From: Dehalococcoidia bacterium
GTDB taxonomy: Bacteria > Chloroflexota > Dehalococcoidia > UBA2979
Length of the DNA stretch: 64,000 bases
Assembly: GCA_963667465.2 (NCBI GenBank)
Contig: CAXXDN010000002.1
Span: 960,001-1,024,000 of the forward strand
Direction: 5' to 3'
The position numbers were made by a program, and so were the translations under genes. The notes beneath the pieces were generated by a model that did no database searches, was not told the DNA's origin, and worked only from the letters and a program-made list of their open reading frames with translations. Of this stretch, positions 29,475 to 40,155 are shown in pieces. Every line of letters starts with the position of its first letter. Position 1 is the first letter of the stretch.

Positions 29475-31235
29475 CTAGTTCCCGTAGGTCCGCTCAGCCG
29501 GCGGCCAGTTGGTGATCGTCACATCCGAGTACTCGATGCGTGGTGTGTCTTCCGTACGGTACGCCAGCGAGTGCTTGAGGAACTGCTCGTCGTCGCGCTC
29601 CGGGTGGTCCGTGCGCTGGTGCGAGCCTCGCGACTCCGTGCGCGCCAGCGCGGAGTGCGCTACCGCCTCGCCGACATCGAGCAGGAACTCGAGCTCGAGG
29701 GCGGCCGTCAGTTCGGTGTTGAAGCTCGCGCTGTGGTCGTCGAGAACGAGGTTCGAGGCGCGCTCCTTGAGCTCGGCCACCTTCTGCGTGGTCGCCTCGA
29801 GGCCGGCGTGCTCGCGGTAGACGCCGGCGCCCTCCTCCATCGTCGAGTTGAGCTCGCGGCGGATCGCGGCGATGCGCTCGCCGCCCTCGCGCGGCTGCAG
29901 GAAGCGCTCGGTGATGCGCGCCTGCTCGTCGGCGGCCTGTGTCTCGATCGAGGCACTGTCGAACTCGGGGTGCTCCTGTGCCCAGACGGCGGCGGAGTGG
30001 CCGGCGTTGCGGCCGAAGACGAGCAGCTCGGTCAGCGAGTTCGAGCCGAGGCGGTTCGCGCCGTTGATGCTGACGCAGGCGCACTCGCCGGCGGCGTAGA
30101 GGCCGGGCAGGCTTGTCGCCCCGTTCGTGTCGGTGTGGATCCCGCCCATCATGTAGTGCACCACCGGGCGCACCGGGATCGGCTCATGGACGGGGTCGAT
30201 GCCGGCGTAGTTCTTCGCCAGCTCGCGTACGAAGGGAATGCGCTCCTCGATCAGTTTTTCGCCGAGGTGACGGACATCGAGGTGGGTGTACGTCCCGTAG
30301 TCGCCCTCGAAGACGCGGCCGGCGGCCTGCTCCTTCATGAATGCCTGCGAAAGCTTGTCGCGCGGGCCCAGCTCCATCGTACGCAGCTGCGGGTGGCGCG
30401 GGTCCGTGATCTCGACCGGCTCCCCGAGGTTGTAGTCCTGCAGGTAGCGCTGGCCCTCGGTATTGACGAGGATGCCGCCCTCGCCCCGGGCCGCCTCGGT
30501 GATGAGGATGCCGGTGCCGGGCAGGCCGGTCGGGTGGTACTGGACGAACTCCATGTCCTTGAGGGCGACGCCGGCGCGGTAGGCCATCGACATGCCGTCG
30601 CCGGTCTTGATCGCGGCGTTGGTAGTGAAGGGGAAGACCCGGCCGCCGCCGCCGGTGCACATGATCACCGCCTTCGCCTTGATCGCGTGCATCTTGCCGG
30701 TGCGCAACTCGATCGCCGCGACGCCCTGGCAGCGCCCGTCCTCGACGAGCAGCCGCGTCGCGAACCACTCGTCGTAGCGCTTGACCTGCGTGTACTTGAG
30801 CGAGGTCTGGAACAGCGCATGCAGCATGTGGAAGCCGGTCTTGTCGGCCGCGTACCACGTGCGGCGGATGCGCATCCCGCCGAAGGGGCGGACGGCGACA
30901 CTGCCATCCTCCTCGCGGCTCCACGGGCAGCCCCAATGCTCGAGCTGGATCATCTCGCCAGGGGCCTCGTTGACGAAGAGCTCGACGGCGTCCTGGTCGG
31001 CGAGCCAGTCGGCGCCGCTGATGGTGTCGTGGATGTGCTCCTCAAGGGAGTCGTTGTCCTTGATCACGGCCGCGGCGCCGCCCTCGGCGGAGACCGTGTG
31101 GCTGCGCATCGGGTAGACCTTGGAGACCATCGCGATGTCGAGGTCGGGGTAAGCCTCGGCTGCGGCGATGACGGCGCGCAGGCCGGCTCCGCCGCCGCCA
31201 ACGATGAGCAGGTCGTGCTGGAGATCGTCGGCCAC
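29475..31235 (-). CDS. frdA: Fumarate reductase/succinate dehydrogenase flavoprotein
   Basis: [16 protein letters not shown] (covalent FAD His), [28 protein letters not shown]. Confidence 0.96.
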   Translation of the reverse strand: MADDLQHDLLIVGGGGAGLRAVIAAAEAYPDLDIAMVSKVYPMRSHTVSAEGGAAAVIKDNDSLEEHIHDTISGADWLADQDAVELFVNEAPGEMIQLEHWGCPWSREEDGSVAVRPFGGMRIRRTWYAADKTGFHMLHALFQTSLKYTQVKRYDEWFATRLLVEDGRCQGVAAIELRTGKMHAIKAKAVIMCTGGGGRVFPFTTNAAIKTGDGMSMAYRAGVALKDMEFVQYHPTGLPGTGILITEAARGEGGILVNTEGQRYLQDYNLGEPVEITDPRHPQLRTMELGPRDKLSQAFMKEQAAGRVFEGDYGTYTHLDVRHLGEKLIEERIPFVRELAKNYAGIDPVHEPIPVRPVVHYMMGGIHTDTNGATSLPGLYAAGECACVSINGANRLGSNSLTELLVFGRNAGHSAAVWAQEHPEFDSASIETQAADEQARITERFLQPREGGERIAAIRRELNSTMEEGAGVYREHAGLEATTQKVAELKERASNLVLDDHSASFNTELTAALELEFLLDVGEAVAHSALARTESRGSHQRTDHPERDDEQFLKHSLAYRTEDTPRIEYSDVTITNWPPAERTYGN

Positions 31236-31333
31236 TGCGCCCCTCAATCCCGTCGGCCGTGCCCCCGCGCGGCGTCAGCCGGAGCGGCAGCGTTCACTAT
31301 TCCCGTGGCCGGGGTCATGGTCAAGCGGACGGA

Positions 31334-31894
31334 TTAGCCCGCGGCGCTATCGTCGCCGCACAGCTGAAGGCCGTAGAGGTGACGCGCGATGATCGTCTTC
31401 GCGTCCTCAATCCGTCCCTCGGCGATCGCGGCGTCGAGTTCCTCGAGCGTGACGGCGATCGGCGCGCCCAGATCTTCCTCGTCGCCGGTGTCGAGGGGCG
31501 CCTCGAACAGCCCCGTCGCGAGGTAGATGTCGATGTACTCGGTTGTGAACCCCGGCGCCATCCACGCGCCTCCGAGGCGCACGATCGACTCGGCGTCGTA
31601 GCCGGTCTCCTCGCGCAGTTCGCGGTGCGCGGTGACGTCCGGCGGCTCGCCTGGCTCGCGCGTTCCCGCGGGCACCTCGAGCAGGCGCTGCCGCGCGCCG
31701 TGGCGGTACTGCTCGACGAGCAGCAGCCGGCCGTCGTCGAGTCGTGCGAGGAGCGCGACCGCGCCGGGATGCACGACGGTCTCACGCGCCCCCCCGGAAC
31801 CGTCGGGGAAGCGCAGCCGCGCCTCGTCGACAGCGAAGAGCGCGCCCTCGTAGGCGCGCTCGTTGCTCAGGACCGCGGGCAGCTCTTCGCTCAC
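31334..31894 (-). CDS. NUDIX hydrolase (ADP-ribose pyrophosphatase-like)
   Basis: HPGAV, EQYR, Nudix box PAGTREPGE....TAHRELREETG, IEDAKT. Confidence 0.92.
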   Translation of the reverse strand: MSEELPAVLSNERAYEGALFAVDEARLRFPDGSGGARETVVHPGAVALLARLDDGRLLLVEQYRHGARQRLLEVPAGTREPGEPPDVTAHRELREETGYDAESIVRLGGAWMAPGFTTEYIDIYLATGLFEAPLDTGDEEDLGAPIAVTLEELDAAIAEGRIEDAKTIIARHLYGLQLCGDDSAAG

Positions 31895-31901
31895 GCGGGC
31901 C

Positions 31902-32393
31902 TCAGGCCGTGCCCGGCGAGGGCAGGTCGAGCGTCATCGCGATCTCGTTGCAGCCCGGGAACTTGGGGCAGCGGTAGCACTCGTTCCAGACCTTGCGGGG
32001 CAGCTCCATGACGTCGGCCTGCGCGAAGCCCAGGCGCTCGAAGAACTCGGGGCGGTAGGTCAGCGCGAAGACGCGCTCGAGGCCGAGCCGTCCGGCCTCG
32101 TCGATGCAGGCCTGCACCAGCAGCTGGCCGTAGCCCTGTCCCTGGCGCTCCTCGGAGACGGCGAGCGACTTCACCTCGGCAATGTCGGCCCAGACGATGT
32201 GCAGCGCGCCGCAGGCCACGACCTCCTCGCCCTCGCGGACGACGAAGAAGTCACGCAGGTTCTCGTAGGTCTCGCCCTTGGTGCGCGGCAGCATGTCGCC
32301 GCGGGCGGCCCAGAAGTTGACGAGCGCGTGGATCCCGTCCACGTCATGGATCGTCGCGCGCTCGACCGTCGTGGGGAGAGCCGGGGCCGTCAT
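31902..32393 (-). CDS. GNAT N-acetyltransferase (short ArgA-like amino-acid acetyltransferase)
   Basis: MLPR...YENLRDF, AEVKSLAV, QGQGYG, VFALTY, LPRKVWNECYRCPKFPGCNEIAM. Confidence 0.9.
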   Translation of the reverse strand: MTAPALPTTVERATIHDVDGIHALVNFWAARGDMLPRTKGETYENLRDFFVVREGEEVVACGALHIVWADIAEVKSLAVSEERQGQGYGQLLVQACIDEAGRLGLERVFALTYRPEFFERLGFAQADVMELPRKVWNECYRCPKFPGCNEIAMTLDLPSPGTA

Positions 32394-32490
32394 GCTTCTA
32401 GGATAGTCCCGCGCGACGCAATCGGGCGACGGGGGCCACGAGGGCGGCAAGTTGCGCGTTCATCGTCAGTCTCGCTCCGAATGGGTGCCG

Positions 32491-32742
32491 CTACGTTCGG
32501 TACGCATCGCGTCGATGGCGTATCCGGAGGACAACGACCTGTCGGGTCTCATCATCGACTCGGTACAGGACGCGGTACGAGCCGACCCGAAGTCGCCATG
32601 TAGTTTCAGATAATTTCCTGACACCCCGAGGTCGCGGATCGGATGCAAGTCTACTGGCTCGTTCCCTGATCCGCGCAACCTGCCCAGCAGGGATGGATCG
32701 CAGTTCTCGCAATGCCGGCCGTGAGATAAGGAGTTCGTAGAC
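32491..32742 (-). CDS. RelE/ParE-family toxin; start position reads GTC (possible start-loss pseudogene)
   Basis: YELLISRPALREL...DPRPRGVRKL...WRLRVGSYRVLYRVDD...VLRIRHRRDAY is a typical RelE pattern; GGAGG lies 6 nt upstream of GTC. Confidence 0.82.
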   Translation of the reverse strand, partial: VYELLISRPALRELRSIPAGQVARIRERASRLASDPRPRGVRKLSETTWRLRVGSYRVLYRVDDETRQVVVLRIRHRRDAYRT

Positions 32743-32780
32743 GGGAAGCCTCCACGGCCGTGCAACACCGAAACTGGTTG

Positions 32781-33032
32781 CTATGGCACCTCGGCTTCGT
32801 CCAGGTCCTCCCAGCGGATTGCGCCGTGCCTCGCGATGTCGTCCTCCGCTTCTCTGGCAGCGGCAAGATCGTCGAGATCCTCCGTGAACTCTGGGACCTG
32901 GAGAGTGACGGCCAAGCTCCCACTTCCGACCGTTCGCGCGACAATCCGCGTCCCATTCCCGGGGATCTGAATCGGCGCCCCACCGAAGTGCTGCACCCTG
33001 ATCTGCACTTGTCGGATCGTCAACCCGCTCAT
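32781..33032 (-). CDS. Putative antitoxin with atypical N-terminal region
   Basis: Acidic C-terminus EDLDDLAAAREAEDD...IRWEDL resembles RelE-neutralising tails; lies directly upstream of RelE; ATGA overlap with the upstream gene. Confidence 0.65.
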   Translation of the reverse strand: MSGLTIRQVQIRVQHFGGAPIQIPGNGTRIVARTVGSGSLAVTLQVPEFTEDLDDLAAAREAEDDIARHGAIRWEDLDEAEVP

Positions 33033-33442
33033 TCGCCCTCATCCCCCTGCACCAATACTACATCGGCGGGCACTCGCGCCTTTGGTTCGCCATTGACCAG
33101 CACATCGAACGCATGCGGCCCGGACCGTTCGAATGTCAGGCCGACGATCGTCTGCGGCATCACGAGTTCCACCGGCTTCCCCGAGTCCTTCGGTTCCGGA
33201 ACCTCGATCTCGGCCTCAAGCGTTAGCAGTCGCTGCCCGTCCGGGTCCGAAAGGAAGATCTGTAGGCGCTTCGTCTGCCCTGCCTCCACAGCATCGGCCA
33301 CGAACTTGAGCACCAGCGTGAGCTGTGGATGAGTCGCGGGGAGCTCCCGTGCTGTAATCCGATTGAACACTCCGAGAACGTTGAGCTTGCCCTCCTCGGA
33401 GATGTTCGCCGCATCCGCGATCAGGGCCAGCGGGACGTCCAT
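33029..33442 (-). CDS. Conserved hypothetical protein, DUF6941-like
   Basis: GGAGG RBS; ALIADAANISEEGKLNVLGVFNRI N-terminus, DPDG, F...G.H.F.V.VNGE, beta-rich pattern. Confidence 0.75.
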   Translation of the reverse strand: MDVPLALIADAANISEEGKLNVLGVFNRITARELPATHPQLTLVLKFVADAVEAGQTKRLQIFLSDPDGQRLLTLEAEIEVPEPKDSGKPVELVMPQTIVGLTFERSGPHAFDVLVNGEPKARVPADVVLVQGDEGE

Positions 33443-33512
33443 CCGTACCCTCCGTGCTGTCCGCCTTTGGAGTGTTCAGTCCCATCCCGCCCAGCGTCAA
33501 TAGCGGCTGGCG

Positions 33513-34409
33513 TCAGTCTCGCTCCAGCTCGCCGAGCTGGTGGTCCAGACGCAGCCAGCCGAGGCGCTGTGCGAGGTTGGCGTAGAACTGGTTCTCGCCG
33601 CCGAGGCGCACGAACCGCGCACGCCGCGGCGAGCGCGTGATGCGCACCATGCTCCCCGATCCAACCTCGATCTCGTGATGGCCGTCGACGGTCATCACCG
33701 CCTCGTGGCCGCGTGCGACCTCCAGCGTGACCTCGGCGCCGTCACGCAGCACGAGCGCGTTGCCGTAGGAGAGGTGCGGCGCCACCGCCGCGACGATCAG
33801 CTCGCTCGAGGTCGGGTAGAGGATCGGCCCGTGGATCGCGAGCGCGTACCCCGTCGAGCCGGTCGCCGTCGCGACGATCACGGCGTCGGTGCGGTACTCG
33901 GCAAGCACAACGCCGTCGACATGGACGCCGACCGAGACCGTTCGTCCGAGGCGGTGGCGCCCGATCACCACGTCGTTGAGCGCGTGCAATGGCTCGCCGT
34001 CGCCAAGCGCGGCCTGCGCCATCGTGCGTTCCTCGATGCGGCCTCCGCCGCCGAGGATCAGCCGCAGCGCCGACTCCGCCTCGCCCTCGGTCGACTCGGC
34101 GAGGAAGCCGAGGCGGCCCATGCGCACCCCGAAGATCGGGACGCCGAGGGCCGACGCGATGCCCGAGGCCTGGAGCACGGTGCCGTCGCCGCCGACGCAG
34201 ACCAGCAGGTCGGAGCCCGGCAGCTGCGCCTCGACAGGCCCTTCGCCACCGGCCGGACCGTCGCGCTCCAGCGGAGCGCACCAGCTGTCGAGGCCGGTCT
34301 CGACGATCTGCGCGTGCAGGCGCTCGGCGAGCGCCCGGGCGCCGTGCACGTCGGGGTGATAGCAGACCCCGCAGCGCGTGACCCCACCGAGCGCGTCCCC
34401 GGTGCTCAC
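33513..34409 (-). CDS. nadK: NAD(+) kinase
   Basis: VGGDGTVL, GRLGFL, ALNDVV, ATATGSTGY. Confidence 0.94.
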   Translation of the reverse strand: MSTGDALGGVTRCGVCYHPDVHGARALAERLHAQIVETGLDSWCAPLERDGPAGGEGPVEAQLPGSDLLVCVGGDGTVLQASGIASALGVPIFGVRMGRLGFLAESTEGEAESALRLILGGGGRIEERTMAQAALGDGEPLHALNDVVIGRHRLGRTVSVGVHVDGVVLAEYRTDAVIVATATGSTGYALAIHGPILYPTSSELIVAAVAPHLSYGNALVLRDGAEVTLEVARGHEAVMTVDGHHEIEVGSGSMVRITRSPRRARFVRLGGENQFYANLAQRLGWLRLDHQLGELERD

Positions 34410-35185
34410 GAGGCGCCTCGCGACGTCGCGGCCGCGGGCAGGCGCAGCCAGAGGAAGAACTCACGGTTGCCCGCCGGACCGGCCAGCGGCGAGCGGTAGA
34501 CGCCGCGTACGCGCACCCCGCGATCGAGGGCCCACGCCGCGACCTTGCCGACCACCTCGGCATGCACCAGCGGGTCGCGCACCACGCCCCCGCGCTGCAC
34601 CTGCTCGCGCCGCGCCTCGAACTGTGGCTTGACCAGCGCAAGCACATCGCCGCCCGGTCGCAAGGAGCGGAGCACCGCGGGCAGCACGGCGGTCAGTGAG
34701 ATGAACGAGACGTCGACGACGGCCAGGTCGGCGGGCGGGTCGAGCGGCTCGAGGTTGCGCGCGTTCGTGCGCTCGCGGACCTCGACGCGTGGATCGTCGC
34801 GAAGCTGCTGCGCGAGTTGCCCGTACCCGCTGTCGACGGCGACGACCTCGCGCGCGCCGCGTTGCAACAGGCAGTCGCTGAAGCCTCCGGTCGAGGCGCC
34901 GATGTCGAGGCAGCGCAGCCCGCGCACCGCGAGTCCAGTGCGGTCGACCGCGGAGGCGAGCTTGTCGCCGCCGCGGCTGACGTAGCGCGGCCGCTCACGC
35001 AGCTCGAGCGCAGCACCCGGGGCGACGGCCTCCGCCGGCCGGGTCGCCACCGTGCCCTCGACGCGCACCTCGCGCGCCAGCACGAGCGCGCGCGCGCGCT
35101 CCGCGTCGGGCGCCAGCCCGCGCTCGACGAGCAGCTCGTCGAGGCGCAGTCGCGCGCGCGATCGGCGTCTGGCGGCGGTTGTCAT
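34406..35185 (-). CDS. tlyA: TlyA-family rRNA 2'-O-methyltransferase
   Basis: S4 domain RLDELL, YVSRGGDKL, DIGASTGGF, DVSFISL, LVKPQFE, GNREF. Confidence 0.95.
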   Translation of the reverse strand: MTTAARRRSRARLRLDELLVERGLAPDAERARALVLAREVRVEGTVATRPAEAVAPGAALELRERPRYVSRGGDKLASAVDRTGLAVRGLRCLDIGASTGGFSDCLLQRGAREVVAVDSGYGQLAQQLRDDPRVEVRERTNARNLEPLDPPADLAVVDVSFISLTAVLPAVLRSLRPGGDVLALVKPQFEARREQVQRGGVVRDPLVHAEVVGKVAAWALDRGVRVRGVYRSPLAGPAGNREFFLWLRLPAAATSRGAS

Positions 35186-35314
35186 AGAGATCGAGGATAC
35201 CCCGCAGCAGCCGCGCACGCTGCCAGGGACGGGAACCGCGGGCTCCCTGCGAGCGTATGGTCAGGTGCGGCTCCATGAGGGCGGTCCCTGTCGTAACCGC
35301 CTCTGGGGAGCTAC

Positions 35315-35446
35315 ATGCGACCTCGGCGCTTCCGCGCCGGCCTCCTCGCCACCTCCGCGCTGCTCCAGCTTGTCGCAGGGCTCGCGCACGCGCAGGCGAG
35401 CGCCTCGGACGACTCGGACGAGGCGTGCCGGGCAACCCTGCAGTAG
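35315..35446 (+). CDS. 43-aa ORF consisting mostly of a Sec-type signal peptide
   Basis: GGGGAG RBS; [43 protein letters not shown]; fills the tlyA-clpX gap. Confidence 0.45.
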   Translation: MRPRRFRAGLLATSALLQLVAGLAHAQASASDDSDEACRATLQ

Positions 35447-35453
35447 CGAGGCG

Positions 35454-36752
<1,299 letters not shown>

Positions 36753-36807
36753 CGCTCTGGCTCCCGTTCTCCCCGCCTCGCTGGTCGCGCCGTCCGGCTG
36801 TTCGAGG

Positions 36808-37431
36808 TTACTCGTCCCCGCCCGGGCTTGCGAGAATCTCGTCGATCATCCCGTACTCGAGCGCCTGCTCCGCGTTGAGGTAGTAGTCGCGGTCCGTGTC
36901 CGCACGGATGCGGTCGATCGACTGGCCGGTCCGCTCGGCGAGGATGTTGCGGATGATCTCGTTGTTACGCAGGATCTCGCGCGCGGCGATCTCGATGTCC
37001 GCCGCCTGACCGCGTGCGCCGCCCATCGCCTGGTGCATGTGCACGGTGGCGTTCGGCAGCGCGTAGCGCTTGCCGTCCGCGCCGGCCGCCAGCAGCACCG
37101 TGGCCATCGAGGCGGTCGCGCCAACGGCGATCGTGGAGACATCCGAGCGGATCAGGTTCATCGTGTCGTAGATCGCGAGGCCGGCGGTGATCACGCCACC
37201 CGGCGAGTGGACGTACATGTTGATGTCGCGGTCGGGGTCTTCGCGCTCCAGGTAGAGCAACTGGGCGACGATCATGTTGGCGACGTGGTCGTCGATCGGC
37301 GTGCCCAGGAAGATGATGCGCTCCTTCAGGAGCAGCGAGTAAATGTCGTACGCGCGCTCGCCCCGGGCGGTCGTCTCGACCACCATCGGCACGACGTTGC
37401 TCGGAGGAATCGCGCCCGGCCGCATTGTCAT
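36808..37431 (-). CDS. clpP: ATP-dependent Clp protease proteolytic subunit
   Basis: [32 protein letters not shown]. Start at ATG 37431 or 37425. Confidence 0.97.
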   Translation of the reverse strand: MTMRPGAIPPSNVVPMVVETTARGERAYDIYSLLLKERIIFLGTPIDDHVANMIVAQLLYLEREDPDRDINMYVHSPGGVITAGLAIYDTMNLIRSDVSTIAVGATASMATVLLAAGADGKRYALPNATVHMHQAMGGARGQAADIEIAAREILRNNEIIRNILAERTGQSIDRIRADTDRDYYLNAEQALEYGMIDEILASPGGDE

Positions 37432-37518
37432 ATCACCCGTCTTCCCCGCCGCCGCCGGCTCCCCGGCGTGCACGTTGCTCTCGTTCCATTGGACCACGGG
37501 CGGGCTCCGAGCGCCGCC

Positions 37519-39015
37519 CTAGGACTCGCTGCTCTCGTCACCGTCGTCACCGTCGCCGTCGTCGCCGCCGGCCCCGGAGTCGGCCTCGGCGGCGGACTCC
37601 CCGGAAGCCTCGGCCTCGTCCGCCGACTCGTCGCCTTCGTCGTCCGCGGCGGCACGCGAGCCGCGGCGACGACGGCCACGACGGCGCGGCGAGCGCGGTT
37701 CGAGCTCCTCGTCCTCTTGCGAGGCGATCTCGATCAGCCGCTCGAGTGCGCGCTCCGAGATCAGCCGCTCGCGCAGCGAGGCGCGCATCTGCTCCGTGTC
37801 GAACATCCCGCGCACCCGTGCGCGCTGCTCGAGGTCGGTCGTCCCCGCCGAGGCCTGCTCGATGATCTCATCGACCCGCTCGCCGATCTCCTCGTCAGTG
37901 GCCGCGATCTCCTCGCGGACGGCGAACTCGGAGAGCACGAGGCCGCGACGCACGACCAGGTCCGCCTGCTCGCGCAGCGAGTCCCGCACCTCTTCCTCGG
38001 TGCGGCCGATCGCCTGCAACCAGCGCTCGAAGTCCTCGCGCTCGTGCGCGGCGTGCTGCGACTGCTCGTCGACGAGGCGGTCGATCTCGCGCTCGACAAG
38101 CACCTCCGGATAGTCCAGCTCGGCGGTCGCGAGGAGCAGGTCCACCACCTCCTCGCGGTAGTTCATCTGGTGGACCGCCTCGATCTGTTCGCGTACGCCC
38201 TCGCTGACACGCTCCTGGAGCGCTTCGAGGTTCTCGATGCCCTCCTCGTCGAGCGAGCGCGCGAACTCGTCGTCGAGCTCCGGCAGCACCTCCTGCTTGA
38301 CCTCGAGGAGCTGCACGCTGTAGCTGGCTGTCTTCCCCGCGAGCTCCTCGGCCTGGTAGTCCTCGGGCAGGTCGAACGCGAACTCGTGCGGGCCGCCACG
38401 CTCGAGGCCGACCAGCTGATCGAGGAAGCCGGGCAGCGAGACAATGCCACCCTCGGTGACGGCGAACTCCGCGCCCTCCTCGACGTGCGGCTCCGCCTGG
38501 CCCTCCACGGAGACCGTCATGTCGATGCGCACGGTGTCGTTCCACTCGACCGCCCGGTCGACCGGCTCGAGGGTGGCGTAGCGCCGCCGCAACTCCGTCA
38601 GCGCCTCGTCGATCTCCGTGTCGCCGGCGGACAGCTCCTCTTGAGGTACGCGCAGTGCCTGGTAGGCGCCGATCTCAATCGTCGGGCGGACCGGCACGGT
38701 CGCCTGGACGACCAGCGGCTCGGTCGACTTGAGCTCGATCTCGGGCTGAGCGATGGCCTCGATCTCCTCGGCCTCGAGGGCCTCGTTGTAGACGCCCGGG
38801 AGCAGATCCTCGATCGCCTCCTGGAGCAGCATCGGCTGCCCTACGGTGCGTTCGACGATCTCGCGAGGGGCCTTGCCGGGGCGGAAGCCGGGGATGCGGA
38901 CCTGCTGCGAGACCTTGTTGATCACCTTCTTCATCGACGCCTCGAGGCGCTCCGGTTCGACCTCGATCTCAAGCGAGACGAGGGAGCGCGGGAGGCGTTC
39001 AGCGGTTACGCCCAA
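37519..39015 (-). CDS. tig: Trigger factor
   Basis: IPGFRPGKAP ribosome-binding motif, FKBP-like region, position upstream of clpP-clpX, acidic tail. Confidence 0.96.
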   Translation of the reverse strand: MGVTAERLPRSLVSLEIEVEPERLEASMKKVINKVSQQVRIPGFRPGKAPREIVERTVGQPMLLQEAIEDLLPGVYNEALEAEEIEAIAQPEIELKSTEPLVVQATVPVRPTIEIGAYQALRVPQEELSAGDTEIDEALTELRRRYATLEPVDRAVEWNDTVRIDMTVSVEGQAEPHVEEGAEFAVTEGGIVSLPGFLDQLVGLERGGPHEFAFDLPEDYQAEELAGKTASYSVQLLEVKQEVLPELDDEFARSLDEEGIENLEALQERVSEGVREQIEAVHQMNYREEVVDLLLATAELDYPEVLVEREIDRLVDEQSQHAAHEREDFERWLQAIGRTEEEVRDSLREQADLVVRRGLVLSEFAVREEIAATDEEIGERVDEIIEQASAGTTDLEQRARVRGMFDTEQMRASLRERLISERALERLIEIASQEDEELEPRSPRRRGRRRRGSRAAADDEGDESADEAEASGESAAEADSGAGGDDGDGDDGDESSES

Positions 39016-39189
39016 GGCTGGCCCCTTCTCCGTGGCGGGACTGCGCGTGGCAGGCCATGTCGCAACGGGACTTCCTCGCAGCGGCGGGGTCCGTGGACCA
39101 CCGGTAACGCGCGGGAGCGTAGTGGACTGAGTATATCAACGGCTCCCGCTTCGGTCCCGCGAGTCGCCCATCGTGCCTCCGCGGGGCTG

Positions 39190-40155
39190 CTAGCGCGCGC
39201 GTACCGCGTCGTTCAGCGCGTCGCCGAAGAGCGCGAAGGCGAAGAGCAGCGAGACGACGAAGAACGAGGGGACGAGCAGCAGGTGCGGGCTGGCCTGGAA
39301 CGTGCGGACGCTCCCTGCCTCGAAGATCATCGCGCCGAACGACGGCGCTGGCGGCTGGATGCCGACGCCGAACCAGGTCAGGAACAGCTCCGAGCCCGCC
39401 ACGGCCCCAAGCGCCGTCGAGGCGCCGAGGATGAGCAGGAAGGAGACGTTGGGCAGCAGGTGCCGCCAGATCACGTGGCTCGTGGTCGCGCCCATCGCCT
39501 GCGCGGCGATCACGAAGTCCCGCTCGCGGATCTGCAGCGTCTGCGCGCGAATGATGCGCATGCTGCCCACCCAGAAAAAGAGCGAGAGCGCGCCGAAGAC
39601 CGTCAGGTACGAGGGCACGCCGTTCGCGACAAGCCCGGCGAGCGGTGAGTGTTCCTCGACCCATCCGGTCCACTCGATCACGCGTGGCGCGAGCGAGGCG
39701 TTGATCAGGATCAGCATCGGCAGCCCCGGCAGGGCGATGAAGATGTCGCCCACGCGGCCGATCACGCCATCGATCCAGCCGCCGCGGTAGCCGGAGAGCA
39801 GGCCGAGCGTCGGGCCGATCACGAGCCCACCGGTGACGATCACGGTGACGGTGATGATCACGGTCGTGCGCGCCGAGTACATCACGCGGCTCAGCATGTC
39901 GCGGCCGAGCCGGTCCGTGCCGAGGAAGTGGTCGGCGCTCGGGCCCTCGAGGCCGCGCGTGAGGTCTTGCTCCCGGTAGGAGTAGGGAGCCGTCCACTGC
40001 GCAGTGATGCCCATCAGGTAGATCACGAGCACCACGGTGAGCCCGAACATCGCGATCCGCTTGCGGCTCAGCCGTCGCCAGAGCTGCCGCCAGGGGCCCG
40101 CGGGCCGCGCTCGCGGCGCCTCCTCCGGCTCCAGCTCAATCACGGCGCTGCTCAC
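39190..40155 (-). CDS. Oligopeptide/nickel ABC transporter permease (OppC-like)
   Basis: HFLGTDRLGRD, EAA loop FVIAAQAMGA, HLLPN, GDAL. Confidence 0.93.
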   Translation of the reverse strand: MSSAVIELEPEEAPRARPAGPWRQLWRRLSRKRIAMFGLTVVLVIYLMGITAQWTAPYSYREQDLTRGLEGPSADHFLGTDRLGRDMLSRVMYSARTTVIITVTVIVTGGLVIGPTLGLLSGYRGGWIDGVIGRVGDIFIALPGLPMLILINASLAPRVIEWTGWVEEHSPLAGLVANGVPSYLTVFGALSLFFWVGSMRIIRAQTLQIRERDFVIAAQAMGATTSHVIWRHLLPNVSFLLILGASTALGAVAGSELFLTWFGVGIQPPAPSFGAMIFEAGSVRTFQASPHLLLVPSFFVVSLLFAFALFGDALNDAVRAR

